Source: Dudresnaya verticillata (taxonomy: Eukaryota). From it: DNA of 64,000 nucleotides. The position numbers were made by a program, and so were the translations under genes. Of this stretch, positions 48,896 through 61,200 are shown in pieces. Numbering within the stretch: position 1 is the first letter of the stretch; every line of letters begins with the position of its first letter. A model generated the notes under the pieces. That model had not been told where the DNA came from. It made no database searches and was given only the letters and a program-made list of their open reading frames with translations. The stretch is taken from NCBI GenBank assembly GCA_977862235.1, contig OZ374557.1, positions 248,001 to 312,000 of the forward strand, in the 5' to 3' direction.

Positions 48896-50878
48896 ATGGA
48901 TATCAGCGAGTCCTCCGATGAAGATTTTATGCTGCCACCGGAAAGCGATGGCGAGGGAGGAGACTGTAACATAGGTTCTGGCAAGCACGCGGGTGAGTCT
49001 GCCGACGACTCGTTGCAGCTGCGCCCCATCACGCGTGCCGAGCTTAATAACCAAGCAGTGCAGCTCAGAGCCAGTGGAAAACTAAATGCTTCAGCTTGCA
49101 CAGCTCTGCTACACAGGTACATTGGAATCTACAAAGAAGGAAACCCCGGCGTGAAGGAGATTGATGTCTTCCAACATTTCAGCGGGTACATGCCCAATTG
49201 ATCTGGTATTGAGTTTACGAAGCCGCCCTGGGAGCCGAATTATCTTCCAGAAAACTCCTCACGCAGGGAGAGGGATGCCTTCTTAGCGCGCCTGTCTGGT
49301 AGGGACCTTCAAAAGGATCCTTCTCACAACTATAGTGGAAACGCTGACGAGGCTGACGAGGCTGGGAACGGAAACGAGCGTGCTACTGGGTCGGGAAGCG
49401 CTGGAGATAATTCGCCGGCAGAAGAACCCAATCAGCAACATGCCCAGTCAAACCTCCGTGCAAAGCGAAAGCATACTACTGTTGAACCGAATGACGAGAA
49501 GCGCATTATGGTTGAGCTCAGTGCCGAGAAGCGTTCAAAAGTCGAGGGTATCACGGTTCAGAAGGTTATGCCTTGTGTAATTGAGTTATCGGATGCTGAG
49601 CCCGCACCACACAGAGAGAAGGGTTTAGATCCGTGGCCGGATGACACTGCTTGCTTATATGCAGAAGGGCGGACCATGATGACCCTCGCCGGCTTCCGCG
49701 TGTTCCATGACTACCCTGCTCTCATGTTGTGTGACGAGGGTATGCTCATGGGCATGGGATGCATTGCGGTGCTGAAGGGAAAGCTTGCGGCTGCGGAATC
49801 TCAGGAGTCGACGTATCTTTGCCGCGACACATTCCACAGCTCCGATCTCATTATAAGATTTGCAAAGGGGAAAGGTAGCCCTCTTGAGACATTCGAGGCA
49901 TTCTGCCGCGCGGGAAAACATTTACCGTGTCCATCTGAGAGTAGTTGGTTTGTGTACCCGTTTTACATTCCGGAATCGAAACATTGGACGTTTATCGCTC
50001 TTCGCGACTTGGTTCTCGCTTTCAAGGCACTTGTGAAGCGAATTAAGGAAGGGAAATCAATCGATGTCGCCAATTACGATGTCGTTCATGAATTGGAGTT
50101 AAAGGAGCCCCACTTCTTCTACATTGACAGCCTTACCGGCAATATCTCCGTATCTATCTTCAGAAGAGTTGTTGGTTTCTTTTTTATGTTGTTCGCAAAA
50201 TTTCTGAAAAAAGAGGCCGGGCAAATTCCAACCGTTCGTCTCTTCAACGATGCTCGTGAGCAATTAAGTTTGTTCTTCAGGGAGTTAGGAGTGGCGATTG
50301 ATGGCCCACGTCAGTCTGACGCAGTGTCATGTGGTTTCTATGTCTTGACACACTGTTTAAAGTCCTGTGAAAAGGGTTACTTTAAGAAACTGTCTGAAAG
50401 CGCTGTCGCGAAGATCTCGTTCCCAGTTAAGTGCAGGAAGGAGGGAGGCGGATTTAAGAAGTTCTCTATCAAGAAGATTTCCGCTGCTTCCTTCTTCAGC
50501 AAGAGCGACGTCGACGCGACCAGAGATCTAATCTTCAATTGGCTTGAGACCCAGATAAAAAAATGGCTTTCGGAGCCTGAGGTCGGTCTGCATGGGAAAG
50601 GGAAGGGTGATGGTAAGCAGGATGAAAAGGAAGAACCAGGGAAAGACGTGAGCAGTGTCAAGGGACAGAACGGGGGTAGCGGTGTCGGCGGTTTGGCTAT
50701 TAAGGTATCCAAGAAGGACAAGTCATCTTTATTGGCATCTAAATCCGGAGAAGACGTTAGAATAGATGCTAACAAGAAATCGGAGCCCAAGGACGCAGAG
50801 AACAAGGAAGTGCGAGAGGCGGGCGGAAACCCAAACCATAGTGCGCGAGCAAGTGTACATAAGGATGCCGCTAATTAA
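48896..50878 (+). pseudogene. Ulp1/SENP-like (peptidase C48) protease gene with one premature stop
   Basis: Catalytic residues intact: YPFY..SKHWTFI (His), FYIDSL (Asp), PRQSDAVSCGFYV (Gln/Cys). ORF 48896-49201 is in frame with 49508-50878 across TGA at 49199. Confidence 0.85.
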
Positions 50879-51536
50879 AAGCCCATCGCTGAAGCAGGCT
50901 CGGAAAAGGAGAAGGAATTTCAGGGTCTCCAGCGGATTCAGATAGAACCGAACCGAGGAAGAGCAAGCGCTTGAAGGGGAAGGGGCTGTGGATGAAACTT
51001 CTTCGAAGTAAGTCACAGGAACCTTGAAGCGACCGACTTAGTAGCTTTGTTGAAGTAGCATTCTCAACTTGAAAATGTTTGTGCAGGTTATTAATTTGTG
51101 TAGCTAGCTGCAGCTAGCATTGTAAATATGATGTGTTGTGTGTCAATACCAATGAACTGCGTGAAGAAGAGGCGGACATTAGCGTCGATGATGGAGGCTA
51201 ATGGAGACTGTAAAATGGCGTATACAACTTTACTGAGTTCGTAGGTAGTACAAACTAACTGAGAAGACGCAGTGGGGGCCGGGGACGCGGAACCCATTCT
51301 CTAACTACGTACAGTAGTGAGCTTACCGCGCGCAAAACGGTCATGGCCGTTAGTGAAAATGAAAGCTCTTGTTGTATTATTGTCGAATGTATGGCTAGTA
51401 TAAAATGTCCTTTGCTTGTGTGAAACACAGAGACGTTGGTCCAACTGACTCTCCTGGTGTGTTTAGCATTTATAGTCCTTGTGCAGGTTATTAGACGTGG
51501 ATCTTCGAGAATATTGAAACATAACATGGGCAATTG

Positions 51537-51715
51537 TTCTCATAATGTTGGAAGCATTAGTTAATAAAAAAACAATGCTTTGGAATAGTATAAGTACAAT
51601 ACTTGTGTTTTAGGTGAAATGTGACATTGATAACTATGTTCATAATGTTGGAAACATTAGTAAATGATAACTATTGATTTAGAATATTACAAGTACAATA
51701 TCTGTGTTATAGACA
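51537..51715. repeat. AT-rich ~100-bp tandem duplication at the right edge of the gene block
   Basis: CATAATGTTGGAA(G/A)CATTAGT..AAGTACAATA..TGTGTT at 51541 and 51641. Confidence 0.75.
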
Positions 51716-52970
51716 TTAAAGATACGGTTTGCCTGTTTGTAACATAGAAAAATTGCCGAGAATGGCTGAAACATACAAATCGGGAACTACGGCGTTAGAA
51801 ACACAGAAAATATATTTCTGGAAGTATAATCGCTATTGCCATTGTTATAGTGATTTAAACAGTGCAACTTTTCTGTCGGTGGCATTGAAGCACAGGAGCC
51901 TACATGGAGGACTGCAATGGAGCCGCACTCGGTAGAAAGTGTTCCCTGGGTCGCTATCTCCCTCGAAGGCTCCCACGGAGGCTCTCAAATAGGATTCTTC
52001 TGTCACGCGTGGGTGCCTGTGCGAGGCTCGGGCGAACGTGACAAAGACGCAGCGTTGTTCCACAAGTTCCACAGCCATTACAGTTAGATTACAGTAGCAT
52101 TACAGAATCGCACGCTGGCACGGGGGCGCCCTCCTCTGCGTCACAGCGGGGGCGCCCTTGCCTCAGCGCTCTGCTTCGCCCGCTGCGGTCGCACACCCGC
52201 TGCGTTGTGCGTTGCACAGCGCGTGGAGTTGCCCCTCATATCCAGTGCTGAATGGCCGACAGGTCCAAAGGGAGGTGTTGTTTCAAGCTCATTTAGGCCG
52301 ACGACTCGAGCGACAATTTGTTATCATAACGAGGCGGAGCGCCAAGCGAGCCGACCCCTGTTGATTCTCCTGTTGCCGGGATAATCGGCGTGCCCCGAAA
52401 ACATTTATTGGTTGGCGCCCTCGCTCATCTAAAATATCTCCAGAAAACATATTACCCAATTCCTGCTGCGCGAATGTGTTATGCGTTACTGATAATATTT
52501 TTTAGTTTTGTGGATGCAGCATCTGCCCAGACCTATATCTCTCCATCACTGGCCTGGGGCCAGGTCAGAGCAGTAAACGCGCCCTTCACGACAACGGGCT
52601 TCTGCCAGCTCTCGAAACAACCTCCGAAACGCACACGACTGCACACGCGGCGCCGCATCCGCCCACAACCACGTGCGTCACCTTAAGGTAATTGCCGGTG
52701 CCCTTGCGAAGCATCGCGGGCTCGCCGACTGCCACACCGAACAGCGCCGCTTCTCCGACAGCGCTCATCCCACGCAGAGCGGCAAAGACCGCAGAATCCA
52801 CCGCTGCGCCCTGCTTTCACACTTACATACACTTCCTGGTAAGCGCGCCCCGTCCCTCCCACTCGAACTCATCCACCAAGAACCACGCCCCCCGCCATGT
52901 TTTGCACAATCAGTCGTACGGGAATCGGCAGGTGAGCTTTCGATCTAGATTGTTATGCGGGCATTCTGCT

Positions 52971-53558
52971 TCAAAGAAGATAGCATTTTCTACGGTTGTT
53001 TCGTTTACAAACTAAGTACGAGCCTTCTCGGCCATACTGGCGGTATCCCAAGCGAAGAATTCCTTCAGGTCCTGATGCAGTTTTCTCCGCAGAGACAGAT
53101 GAGAGGCAGCGCACGAAACGCTCGACCTTCTTGACGAGTTCCTCAATGGCGTCTGCGGACGATCCGGCGAAACCGAGCGTGGCGGCTAAGCGCCCGGCCT
53201 TGTACTTGACGACGAGGGCAAAGACGACATTGGAAGCCTTCTGTTTGATGCACAACAAGAGCTTGATGAGGAGCTCCAGCTTGGCCGACGCAATGGCGTT
53301 GACATCAGGAACGCGAGAGCGGACCTCCACGACAGTGGCCAAGACAACTGCTTCCAGTACATTCTGCTGGGCGGCTTGAATGTCGTTGTGGAGGTTATCA
53401 ATGGATTCGTAGACTTTGCGTATGGCAGTTTGAATGCCATCAGCTTGTGCCTTCTGCGCAGGAGTGTTGAAGCCAAGGGCGTTTGCAATGGCAATGGAGT
53501 CTGCAAGGAAACCTATGGGATCAAGTAAAAAGGCCATGATAGAGCGGGGCACCAGCAA
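52971..53558 (-). CDS. Hypothetical helical protein (host-like, probably degraded at the 3' end)
   Basis: 195-aa ORF with coding-like codon bias and coiled-coil-like composition; probable ATG at MAFLLDPIG. Confidence 0.45.
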   Translation of the reverse strand: MLVPRSIMAFLLDPIGFLADSIAIANALGFNTPAQKAQADGIQTAIRKVYESIDNLHNDIQAAQQNVLEAVVLATVVEVRSRVPDVNAIASAKLELLIKLLLCIKQKASNVVFALVVKYKAGRLAATLGFAGSSADAIEELVKKVERFVRCLSSVSAEKTASGPEGILRLGYRQYGREGSYLVCKRNNRRKCYLL

Positions 53559-53758
53559 AGGACCTACCGCAGTGAGGAAAGAAGACGGGGAAGGCTGATC
53601 TGAACTCGAGGAAACGACAGGGGCACCGGCACTGCAGCTCAGAAATGGAGAGCTTAAATAGAGAAGCGATGATGGTTTTGGTTGTTGTCTGTTCAGAGAA
53701 AGGCATGAGTTTGAGACAATGCGATGGTTATTAGGACAGCAGGACCCTCGACAACATA

Positions 53759-54357
53759 CAGTAGATCCGCGATAATTGCATATTGACGGTTGCCGGGACG
53801 CCTATGCAGTAGGCGGTCATATTCCACTATCGGTACTTTAAGTTACATTGCTGTATCAATCAAAAAGACGTTTACTCATAGACTGTGCCGAATACCCATA
53901 CTTGCGAGAAGAACGTATCCAGCGTCGTTTGGGTTGCCGCGCACGCCCTCTGGCGTCGCAAAGCGGCCTGCAAGCGATTCATGGCGCGCATCCCCGCCCC
54001 GCCCCGCAATGCTCCGGGTTGGCGTCTAGGACTTGCTTCGCGATATCAACGGCTTTAAGTGCGGCCCGGGGTGCAGGGGCCTGTTGTGAGCTGTCCCGCC
54101 TGACGCCCGCAGCCTGAAAAGCGCGCGGTTTGTCCTCAATTACAAATCTGCAACACTGCAGGGCATAGCCCTCATTGATCCCTCTGCCTGGCTCATTCTG
54201 GACAACCTGCGATCGAGAATGACCCATGCAAATAGCGAGTTTGAATAGAGGCTGATTTGTGGTTAAAGTTTGAAGGCTCCCGTGGTGGGAGACGGATCTA
54301 TCATGCAAATACCGGAATTATACAATTATCGAGTATTCAATTATCGCGGATCTACTG
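53759..54357. mobile_element. Tc1/mariner (pogo-like) MITE, 599 bp
   Basis: Perfect 20-bp TIRs CAGTAGATCCGCGATAATTG / CAATTATCGCGGATCTACTG, with TA on both sides (53757-53758, 54358-54359). Confidence 0.92.
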
Positions 54358-55443
54358 TACTGTGACACTGCAGGCTCGAACATTTCGCAAGCCGTAACAG
54401 AGTTGCACATGATCTCGTTCCTTTCTGCCCATGGCATTACCAAAGCCCAAAGGCTCCGCGATATACGTGATCAGAGGGCCTCAAGCGACAGCAGTAATGT
54501 TGTCGCGCCTTTATTAGGCTCTCTGTTTTTCATACTTATGCTCTCGACCTGCGTAGCTATGGCTTTCTATTACTTTATATCTTGCACAACTGCGGCTCTT
54601 TCATTGCGTTTTTGTACATATCGTGGGTAATGTCAACATGCTCATCTCGCCACGACGTCGTACTCTTCCCAAACTACCTCGGAACTGGTTCGAGCACAAG
54701 TGGCGGAAACGAATACTATTGCACCACCCATCCGGATCAAGCCAGCATACTGCCGGCTAAATTGTGCATCGGAGCACATTCGTCTAACATCACATTCATC
54801 TCCCTGAACCGAGCACAAATTCAACAGCTTTGCTTTAACCTTTCCGAGGTCCAAGCAGCTTTGCACTTTTCCCAGGCCAAGTAGCTTATGGGCTCTCTCG
54901 TTGTATTACAGTTTCAAGCAGGCCAGCATAGTGTAGAACACTCAGCTCCATGCCGCATGTTGCACCTATGCTGCATGTTGCGACTCATTGCGTGTATGGA
55001 TCGCGTTTCCGACCCCAGCAACAAATCCACCAACATGCCGTGGCCTTGCACTTCTTGGACCAGTGTGCTGGCCCATATTCCAATGCTGCCGATATCTATG
55101 TTTTAGTTATGTTCCATTTCTAGAAAGCAATTAAAGCCTATTTCATCTGCTTTAGAAAAGGTAGCCTGTCTCCCCTGTCTCTTGCATTGCGGGAAATTCG
55201 CAGAAGCCCACTCTCGCCAACTTCCCAATGCACAACTAATTCAGAAGTCCCAGTATCAGGCCCCAGCCTGTTGCGTGCATTACGAACTCCTGGCGCATCG
55301 ACCTCACCATTCATGCCCAAACTCAACAAACACACACCAAACGCTCCCGCACCAATTCCCCATCTTACCTTCACTCACATGGTCAACTCGCGGCTACCTT
55401 CCGCACTGTCTCAGTGTACTGCAATAGACAAGCTCCCCACCAA

Positions 55444-56684
55444 ATGGCCGCCGCAGCCCCGCTGCAAGCTCTGCGCAACAGAAATCCTACCCAGTTTGCC
55501 AAGACAGCCCTAATCCTTTTCCTCCCTTTCTTGTGTTTAGCACTCCTCCCTACACAGACGCAAGTCAGAAGGGGGAGGCATCTTGTCCTCCTGCTTTCCC
55601 ACAGAGGTGTGTCGCATTTGACCGTTCGCGCCTTGCAAGCAAGTGGCTTTCTTGTTTCAGTCCGAACCCATCGTCTCCGCCCGCGCGGATTTGACCCTCG
55701 CTGGGCGAAGGTCTTTCAGTTGAGAGAGGCTCTTTCAGATTCAAGTACAATCTCTACAATTACCTGGCTCGATGATGACCTTACGCCAGATATGCATTGT
55801 CTGTGTCGCGCCATCACTTCCAAGCTCTACTATCCGGTCTTTGCAGGCTTTGAATACGGGAAACAAAAGCACAAGATCATGTCCAATCTGCTTGTCTTCC
55901 AAAACAAGCCCGAGTCTTTGGATTTCGTCAACCGATGGGCAGATATTCATCCCACACTCGCTGCATCAACAAGACCACCGGAATACAGGACCAAGACGCT
56001 ATCAATGAGATTGCTACGTGCCATCAAGGAGGAGTAATGTGTATGACGCACAGCTTTGCCATGATGCACACGGGTGGCGCAAGCAGCAAAAGAGTGGCCG
56101 TTCTGGACGGGGGTGCTCGCGACTACCTCTGGAATTTCCATAATGTCTTGCCGAAACTCTTCCTCTGGACTGTTTTCGCGGTACTGGCATTGCGCGCAGC
56201 CGCAACGCACGACACTGGCTGTGCCTCTGTGGTAGTACTTTTGTACAAGGGATGCACCGAGGCGGTATTGCATGTGAATACCACTTTGATTCTCATGTCC
56301 CTAGTTTGCCTCGGACTGGAAAGCATCCTGTCCATCAACGTGATCGGGGCCGAGCCGTTTCTGTTCTGTCCAAAGGCCTCACAGGCCAAGAGGATTGGAG
56401 AGAGCTCGCTCTCACTTGGCGGGCGTTGGTTAAAAGCTCATGGTGCTCTTGTGTATGCAGATTGGCTGAACAGACAGGAGCTTTTATGCTTACGGGGGCG
56501 AATGGGGTGCTTGTGGTGGCCATGGGTGATTTGGGCAATGGAACGGAAGAAGATGCTGTGGCGGTACGCAGCATCGGCAGGGTGTGTTGCCATGGGTGCT
56601 TTTGTTGGGTGCGTTGTTAGGAGCGGGCGGTCTGCTATTGTTCCTGCGTGGGATGAGGGAAAGGAGAGGCGACATGATAGTTAG
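55444..56684 (+). pseudogene. GT34 (GMA12/MNN10)-like glycosyltransferase with C-terminal hydrophobic region; one frameshift
   Basis: N-terminal TM anchor, DPRWAKVFQLREAL..ITWLDDD (DxD), SNLLVFQN..SLDFVNRW, then IQDQDAINEI in the next frame (ORF 55935-56684). Confidence 0.6.
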
Positions 56685-57371
56685 AAGAAGGGGTACAACT
56701 TGTGAAAAGGATTGTATTAAGACAGACGGAAACGAGAGGTCAGGCTACCTTCGTCGGCGGGTGCGACCTTGTGCTACTTTGGAGCAATTTGACCGCCTTG
56801 CACAAGTGTAAACGTCCAGCTTATCCGCGCCACATGCAGTCACACTTACCACGCTTGCTCACAAATGGTGCAGGCTGCTCAATAACGCTACTGCCAAGTC
56901 GGCGCCAGTGCCCTAATACTACATAGTGGAAGAGAGCTATCCACTGAGGACATCTATACAGCAGAGTCCCGATCAAAACTTTTACGTGTAACAGGGAGCG
57001 CGCGGGAAGAGCTAGGCATGGGCCAGTATGTGCGGTACTGCATACTAGAGCACGTGATACCGTTGCCAGTTGCGTTGCGCGGAAAAACGCAACCCTTACT
57101 GGTAAGTATCACTTTTCTGATGCGGGCTGCGTGCCATCCTCTGCTGCAACACGCGCGCGCGTTGGGTCAGGTGTAGCGTGGCACCGCTACGGTTGCAGGC
57201 CGATGTCGGATGCGCGGCAATGCGGTAGAGGAGCGACGGCCGACGCGAGGAAAAGCAGTTATGTTAAGTCGGAGCGCGCGCGGCAATTGCCATTAATGAA
57301 CATGCATGGCGGCAATAGTCGGGAGGCAAGGTGGTTGTGCTACGACAACGCGCCCGTGGTGACGCAGTTGC

Positions 57372-57565
57372 AGCACGGGAACAGGGGAGCGGCAAGGCAA
57401 GCGCGCAGTGAGGCAGGTGTACGGCGACGGGAGGGTGCGCGGAAAATTGTGGCGCAGCGAAGTGCGCGCGGGTTGTAGCACGGGAACAGGGGAGCGGCAA
57501 GGCAAGCACACAGTGGGGAAGGTGTCGGACGACGGGAGGGCGCAAAGAAAATTGTAGCGCAGGGA
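57372..57565. repeat. ~105-bp imperfect tandem duplication in a GC-rich repeat region
   Basis: AGCACGGGAACAGGGGAGCGGCAAGGCAAGC..GACGGGAGGG..AAAATTGT twice. Confidence 0.8.
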
Positions 57566-58106
57566 AATGGTCGTGTCCGGGAGTTGCAGTGGGTGTCGTT
57601 GCGCGGCTGCCGGTGCACCAGAGCCGCCACTGAATGGGCTTCGAGCAATTCGGGGAGCTTGTAAGGAGGGAGCCGGGTGCGCGGCGGCACCACTGGGCCA
57701 CGGCAAAATCTGAACGTCCCCGGGCGAGCCGCGGCGCGAGCATCTGCTGGCGCTCCGGTTGTCGTCCGTAGCCGGTCGACACGCGCGCGCGGCGTGAGAG
57801 TGGTGTACAATCACCGCTCTGCGGGCACGGCGCGCAGGGTCGCGGAACGCGGGGAAAGGGGCGCGAGCGGAGCGAGCGGGTCAGAGAGGTGGGCGAGGTT
57901 TATCGAATCAAGGGAAGAGGGCTACGGCAGACCACCGCGGCTGACCCAACGGACGTTCTCGTCAACGCTGCTTACTCTTCTACTTCGATCGTCCTCTCGA
58001 GGAGTGGGGGTGGTCTGCAGTGGTCAGCGGGGCTTGAAGTAGCCCAGCCAGTTGCAGTCGGGCACGCGCGTCGCGCGCGGACGGCGCGGTGGTCCAAATC
58101 GACACC

Positions 58107-58276
58107 GGTGCCGCCACTGAGTGGGGCAGAGTGCAGTGCGGGGCCCACCTGAGCGGGGCGCCGGGCGCGCGCGGCCGCACAGTGCGCACCGCTGGGCCAG
58201 GGCGAAATATGGAAATAAAATTTAAAGGAAGTTTCGGAATAAATCAGAACTTTCACGAAAGTTTCGGGCGGTATAG
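58107..58276 (-). repeat. DNA-transposon-like terminus; inverted homolog of 11514-11655; truncates the Gypsy
   Basis: Ends ...GAAAGTTTCGGGCGGTATAG and is directly followed by Gypsy pol sequence. Confidence 0.7.
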
Positions 58277-61200
58277 CAGCAGAAGCCAATTCGAGTTCCC
58301 GCGATTGGGAAGAACGCGTAGACCTTTCGAACATACCCGATGAAACTATGCGAAACGAGGTCCTCGAGATGCTACGTAAGCACGAATCGATGTGGAACGG
58401 AGACCTCGGAGCCATCCCAGCCACGGAGCATCGGATCGATCTACAACCCGGGACTCGACCTATTCGTTCGATGCCCTATCGTCAAGGGCCTGCAATACGT
58501 GAAATCGTCCGTAACGAAATCGACAGTATGCTCGAAGCCGGAGTAATCGAACCAGCCACCTCGGAGTGGGCGTCCCCCGTAGTCCTCGCACCGAAGAAAG
58601 ACGAAACACTTCGTTTCTGCGTAGATTACCGCAGACTCAATACAAAGACGCTATCCGACGCGTACCCACTTCCCCGGATGGAAGATTGTGTCGATTCACT
58701 CGGAGACGCTTCGATTTTCTCGACACTCGATTGTAACAGCGGGTACTGGCAGATTCCGGTTGCCCCGGAAGACCGCGATAAGACTACGTTTACTTCGTTT
58801 CCCGGAACTTATCGTTATCTTCGTATGCCCTTCGGATTGAAAAACGCGCCCGCTACGTTTCAACGCGCACTCGACATCATTCAATCCGGAGTCCGTTGGC
58901 AGTGCTGTCTCGTTTACCTCGATGACGTGATCGTCTTCTCCGCGAATCTTCGTGAACACATCGCGCATCTCGATCACGTTCTCACGCTACTTCGCAACTC
59001 CGGGGTTTCGCTCAAGATGAAGAAGTGCTTCCTTTTCCGAAAGCGAGTCGACTATCTCGGACACGTAATTTCCCCGGGAAGCTGAGTATGGCCGAGAAGA
59101 GCTTCGAAACATTCCGATACGCGAAGTTCCCGAAGACACTCACGCAAGTCCGTTCGTTCCTCGTCGCGTGTAACGTATACCGAAGATTCGTGAAAGACTT
59201 CGCGAAAATTGCGCGACCATTGACGAACATGACGCGAAAGGACGCGGATCCCGACTATGAAAATCCCACGGAGGATCAAGTTACCGCATTCGAAACGCTC
59301 AAACGGAATCTCGTGTCACCGCCGATACTCCGGTTACCGCAACTCGGGAAACGTTACATTATCGATACAGACGCGTCTGCGTATAAACGCGGATGCGCGT
59401 TGCTACAGGAGCAAGATAACGAAGAATTACAACCCGTGGGCTACTGGTCGTATTCGTTAAACGATGCCGAGAAGAACCACTCCGCAACCGAGAGCGAATG
59501 CTACGCAGTCGTATGGGCGGCTACTTCGTTGCGTCCGTATATCGAAGGGACCCGGTTCACCGTGCGTACGGAGCACGATGCGCTCCGATGGCTTCTTTCT
59601 CTCATCGATTCGTCCGGGCGACTCACGCGATGGAGGTTTCGCTTAGCCGAATTCGACTTCGAAATCGTGTATCGCCCCGGTCGCGTCCACCAGATTCCCG
59701 ATGCCCTCTCGCGATTGCTACTTCCGCATCGCGAACAACCCGCAATCGATGACGAAGTTCCTACGTTTGACTCGGATCAAATCGCAGCGAAGAACGAAGA
59801 ACGTTTCCGCAACGACATTACGAAAACCATCGAAAACGAAAGAGACCCGGTTCTTATTACGACGTGATCCCGCAAACGTCAATCGAAGCCCACCGCGATT
59901 CGCCACGACTCTACGCGAAAGACTACACCCGCGAAACGCGTACATCGAGCAGGCCATACGCCAGGACCCAAAGCGGTCCCCACGGGTTCCGAACCCAGCA
60001 CTCATACGTGCCACGAAGGCTGCGAACACGAACACGACGCCGAACTACGTGATGAATACGCAGGACAAAAGGACGTCTACGATGACTGCGACTTATGGGA
60101 CGATATCGATGACGATGATCCGTTTGACCTTTATCGAATTGACCCCAACGAAGAACCGAGTGACCTCACCGACGTGAAACCCGTTGACCTCCCTGCGCCG
60201 GTTACGGTAACCGAAATCCTCGAAGGACAACGTATTGATTCGTTCTGCCAAACGGTGCAATCACGACAATCGAAAACGAAGGATAGTCTCTTTCCCGAAG
60301 ATGGAGACGGTCTCCTGCGACGAACGCACCCAACGATTCCGAAGCTAACGCAAATCGTATTGCTCGAGACGCTCCGACCGCGCTTGCTCACGCTGGCGCA
60401 TCATTCGTTACTCGCTGGCCACCCGGGGCAAAATCGTATGTTCTACTCGCTTCGTGAAACGTATTACTGGCCTTACATGGCCGCCGATATCGCATCCACG
60501 GTTCGTAACTGCAAACATTGCGCAAGGAATCGAATCCGTCTTCGAAGGAATCTTCATCGCTTGAAGCTCTTCCCCGCTACGCGCCCACTCGAATCGGTCG
60601 CGATTGACATCTTAGGCCCGTTGCCATGAACGAAATCCGGACGCAAGTTCATTCTCGTGATTACGGATCGCTTTACGAAGTTGACCCAGGTGGCCACACT
60701 ACGAGTAATAACCGCGTACCACGTGGCCGTTGCCTTTTGCGAAGTTTGGATATTCAAGTACGGACCGCCAGCCTCGGTGCTCTCGGGTAACGGGAAACAG
60801 TTTACTTCGAAGTTCTTTCAGGGCGCCTGTCGCTTACTCGGGTTATCGAACGTATTCACTTCCGCGTATCATCCACAAACGAATGGACAAACCGAACGCT
60901 ATAACCGCACTATCCTCGCGATGCTTCGTAACTACGTGAACGACCACCAAAACGATTGGGACCGCTACGTTTCCGCGTTAACATATTCGTACAATTGCCA
61001 CGTTCATCTGTCTACGAAGAAAACGCCGTTCAATCTCGTTTTATCGCGACCGCCGCCCGAGTTCACCGTGAAACATCGCTCCCGGAAGCATCGACCAAAA
61101 CCCACGGAGGACCTTCGCCACGATTTCGTTAAGCGACTCGATTTCGCCATCGATTCCGCACGCACTTCGTTACAGCGAGTTCAAAATCGTTACAAACGCG

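Larger units (their letters stand above)
21740..51860. mobile_element. Putative ~30-kb giant KDZ/Zisupton-type transposon with helicase and protease cargo (boundaries approximate)
   Basis: Five similarly decayed genes including a KDZ transposase, all preceded by one shared motif and flanked by AT-rich repeat tracts. TIRs and TSD were not identified. Confidence 0.55.

Noticed and set aside
21740..51860. Endogenous giant virus or Polinton interpretation of the gene block
   Set aside because: No capsid, PolB, packaging ATPase or other viral core gene was recognised; the only mobility gene is the KDZ transposase.
21684..54375. Pairing of GCCTGCAGTG (21684-21693) with CACTGCAGGC (54366-54375) as TIRs
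   Set aside because: The match is only 10 bp, the two ends face away from each other, and the right one has no subterminal repeats.
54640..55110. Possible ankyrin-like remnant on the minus strand (QGHGMLVDLLL)
   Set aside because: A single weak motif in a stop-rich region.
56953..56985. A|TCTATACAGCAGAG as a Helitron 5' end or mariner TIR
   Set aside because: It resembles the start of the 11514 repeat for only about 11 nt and no partner end was found.
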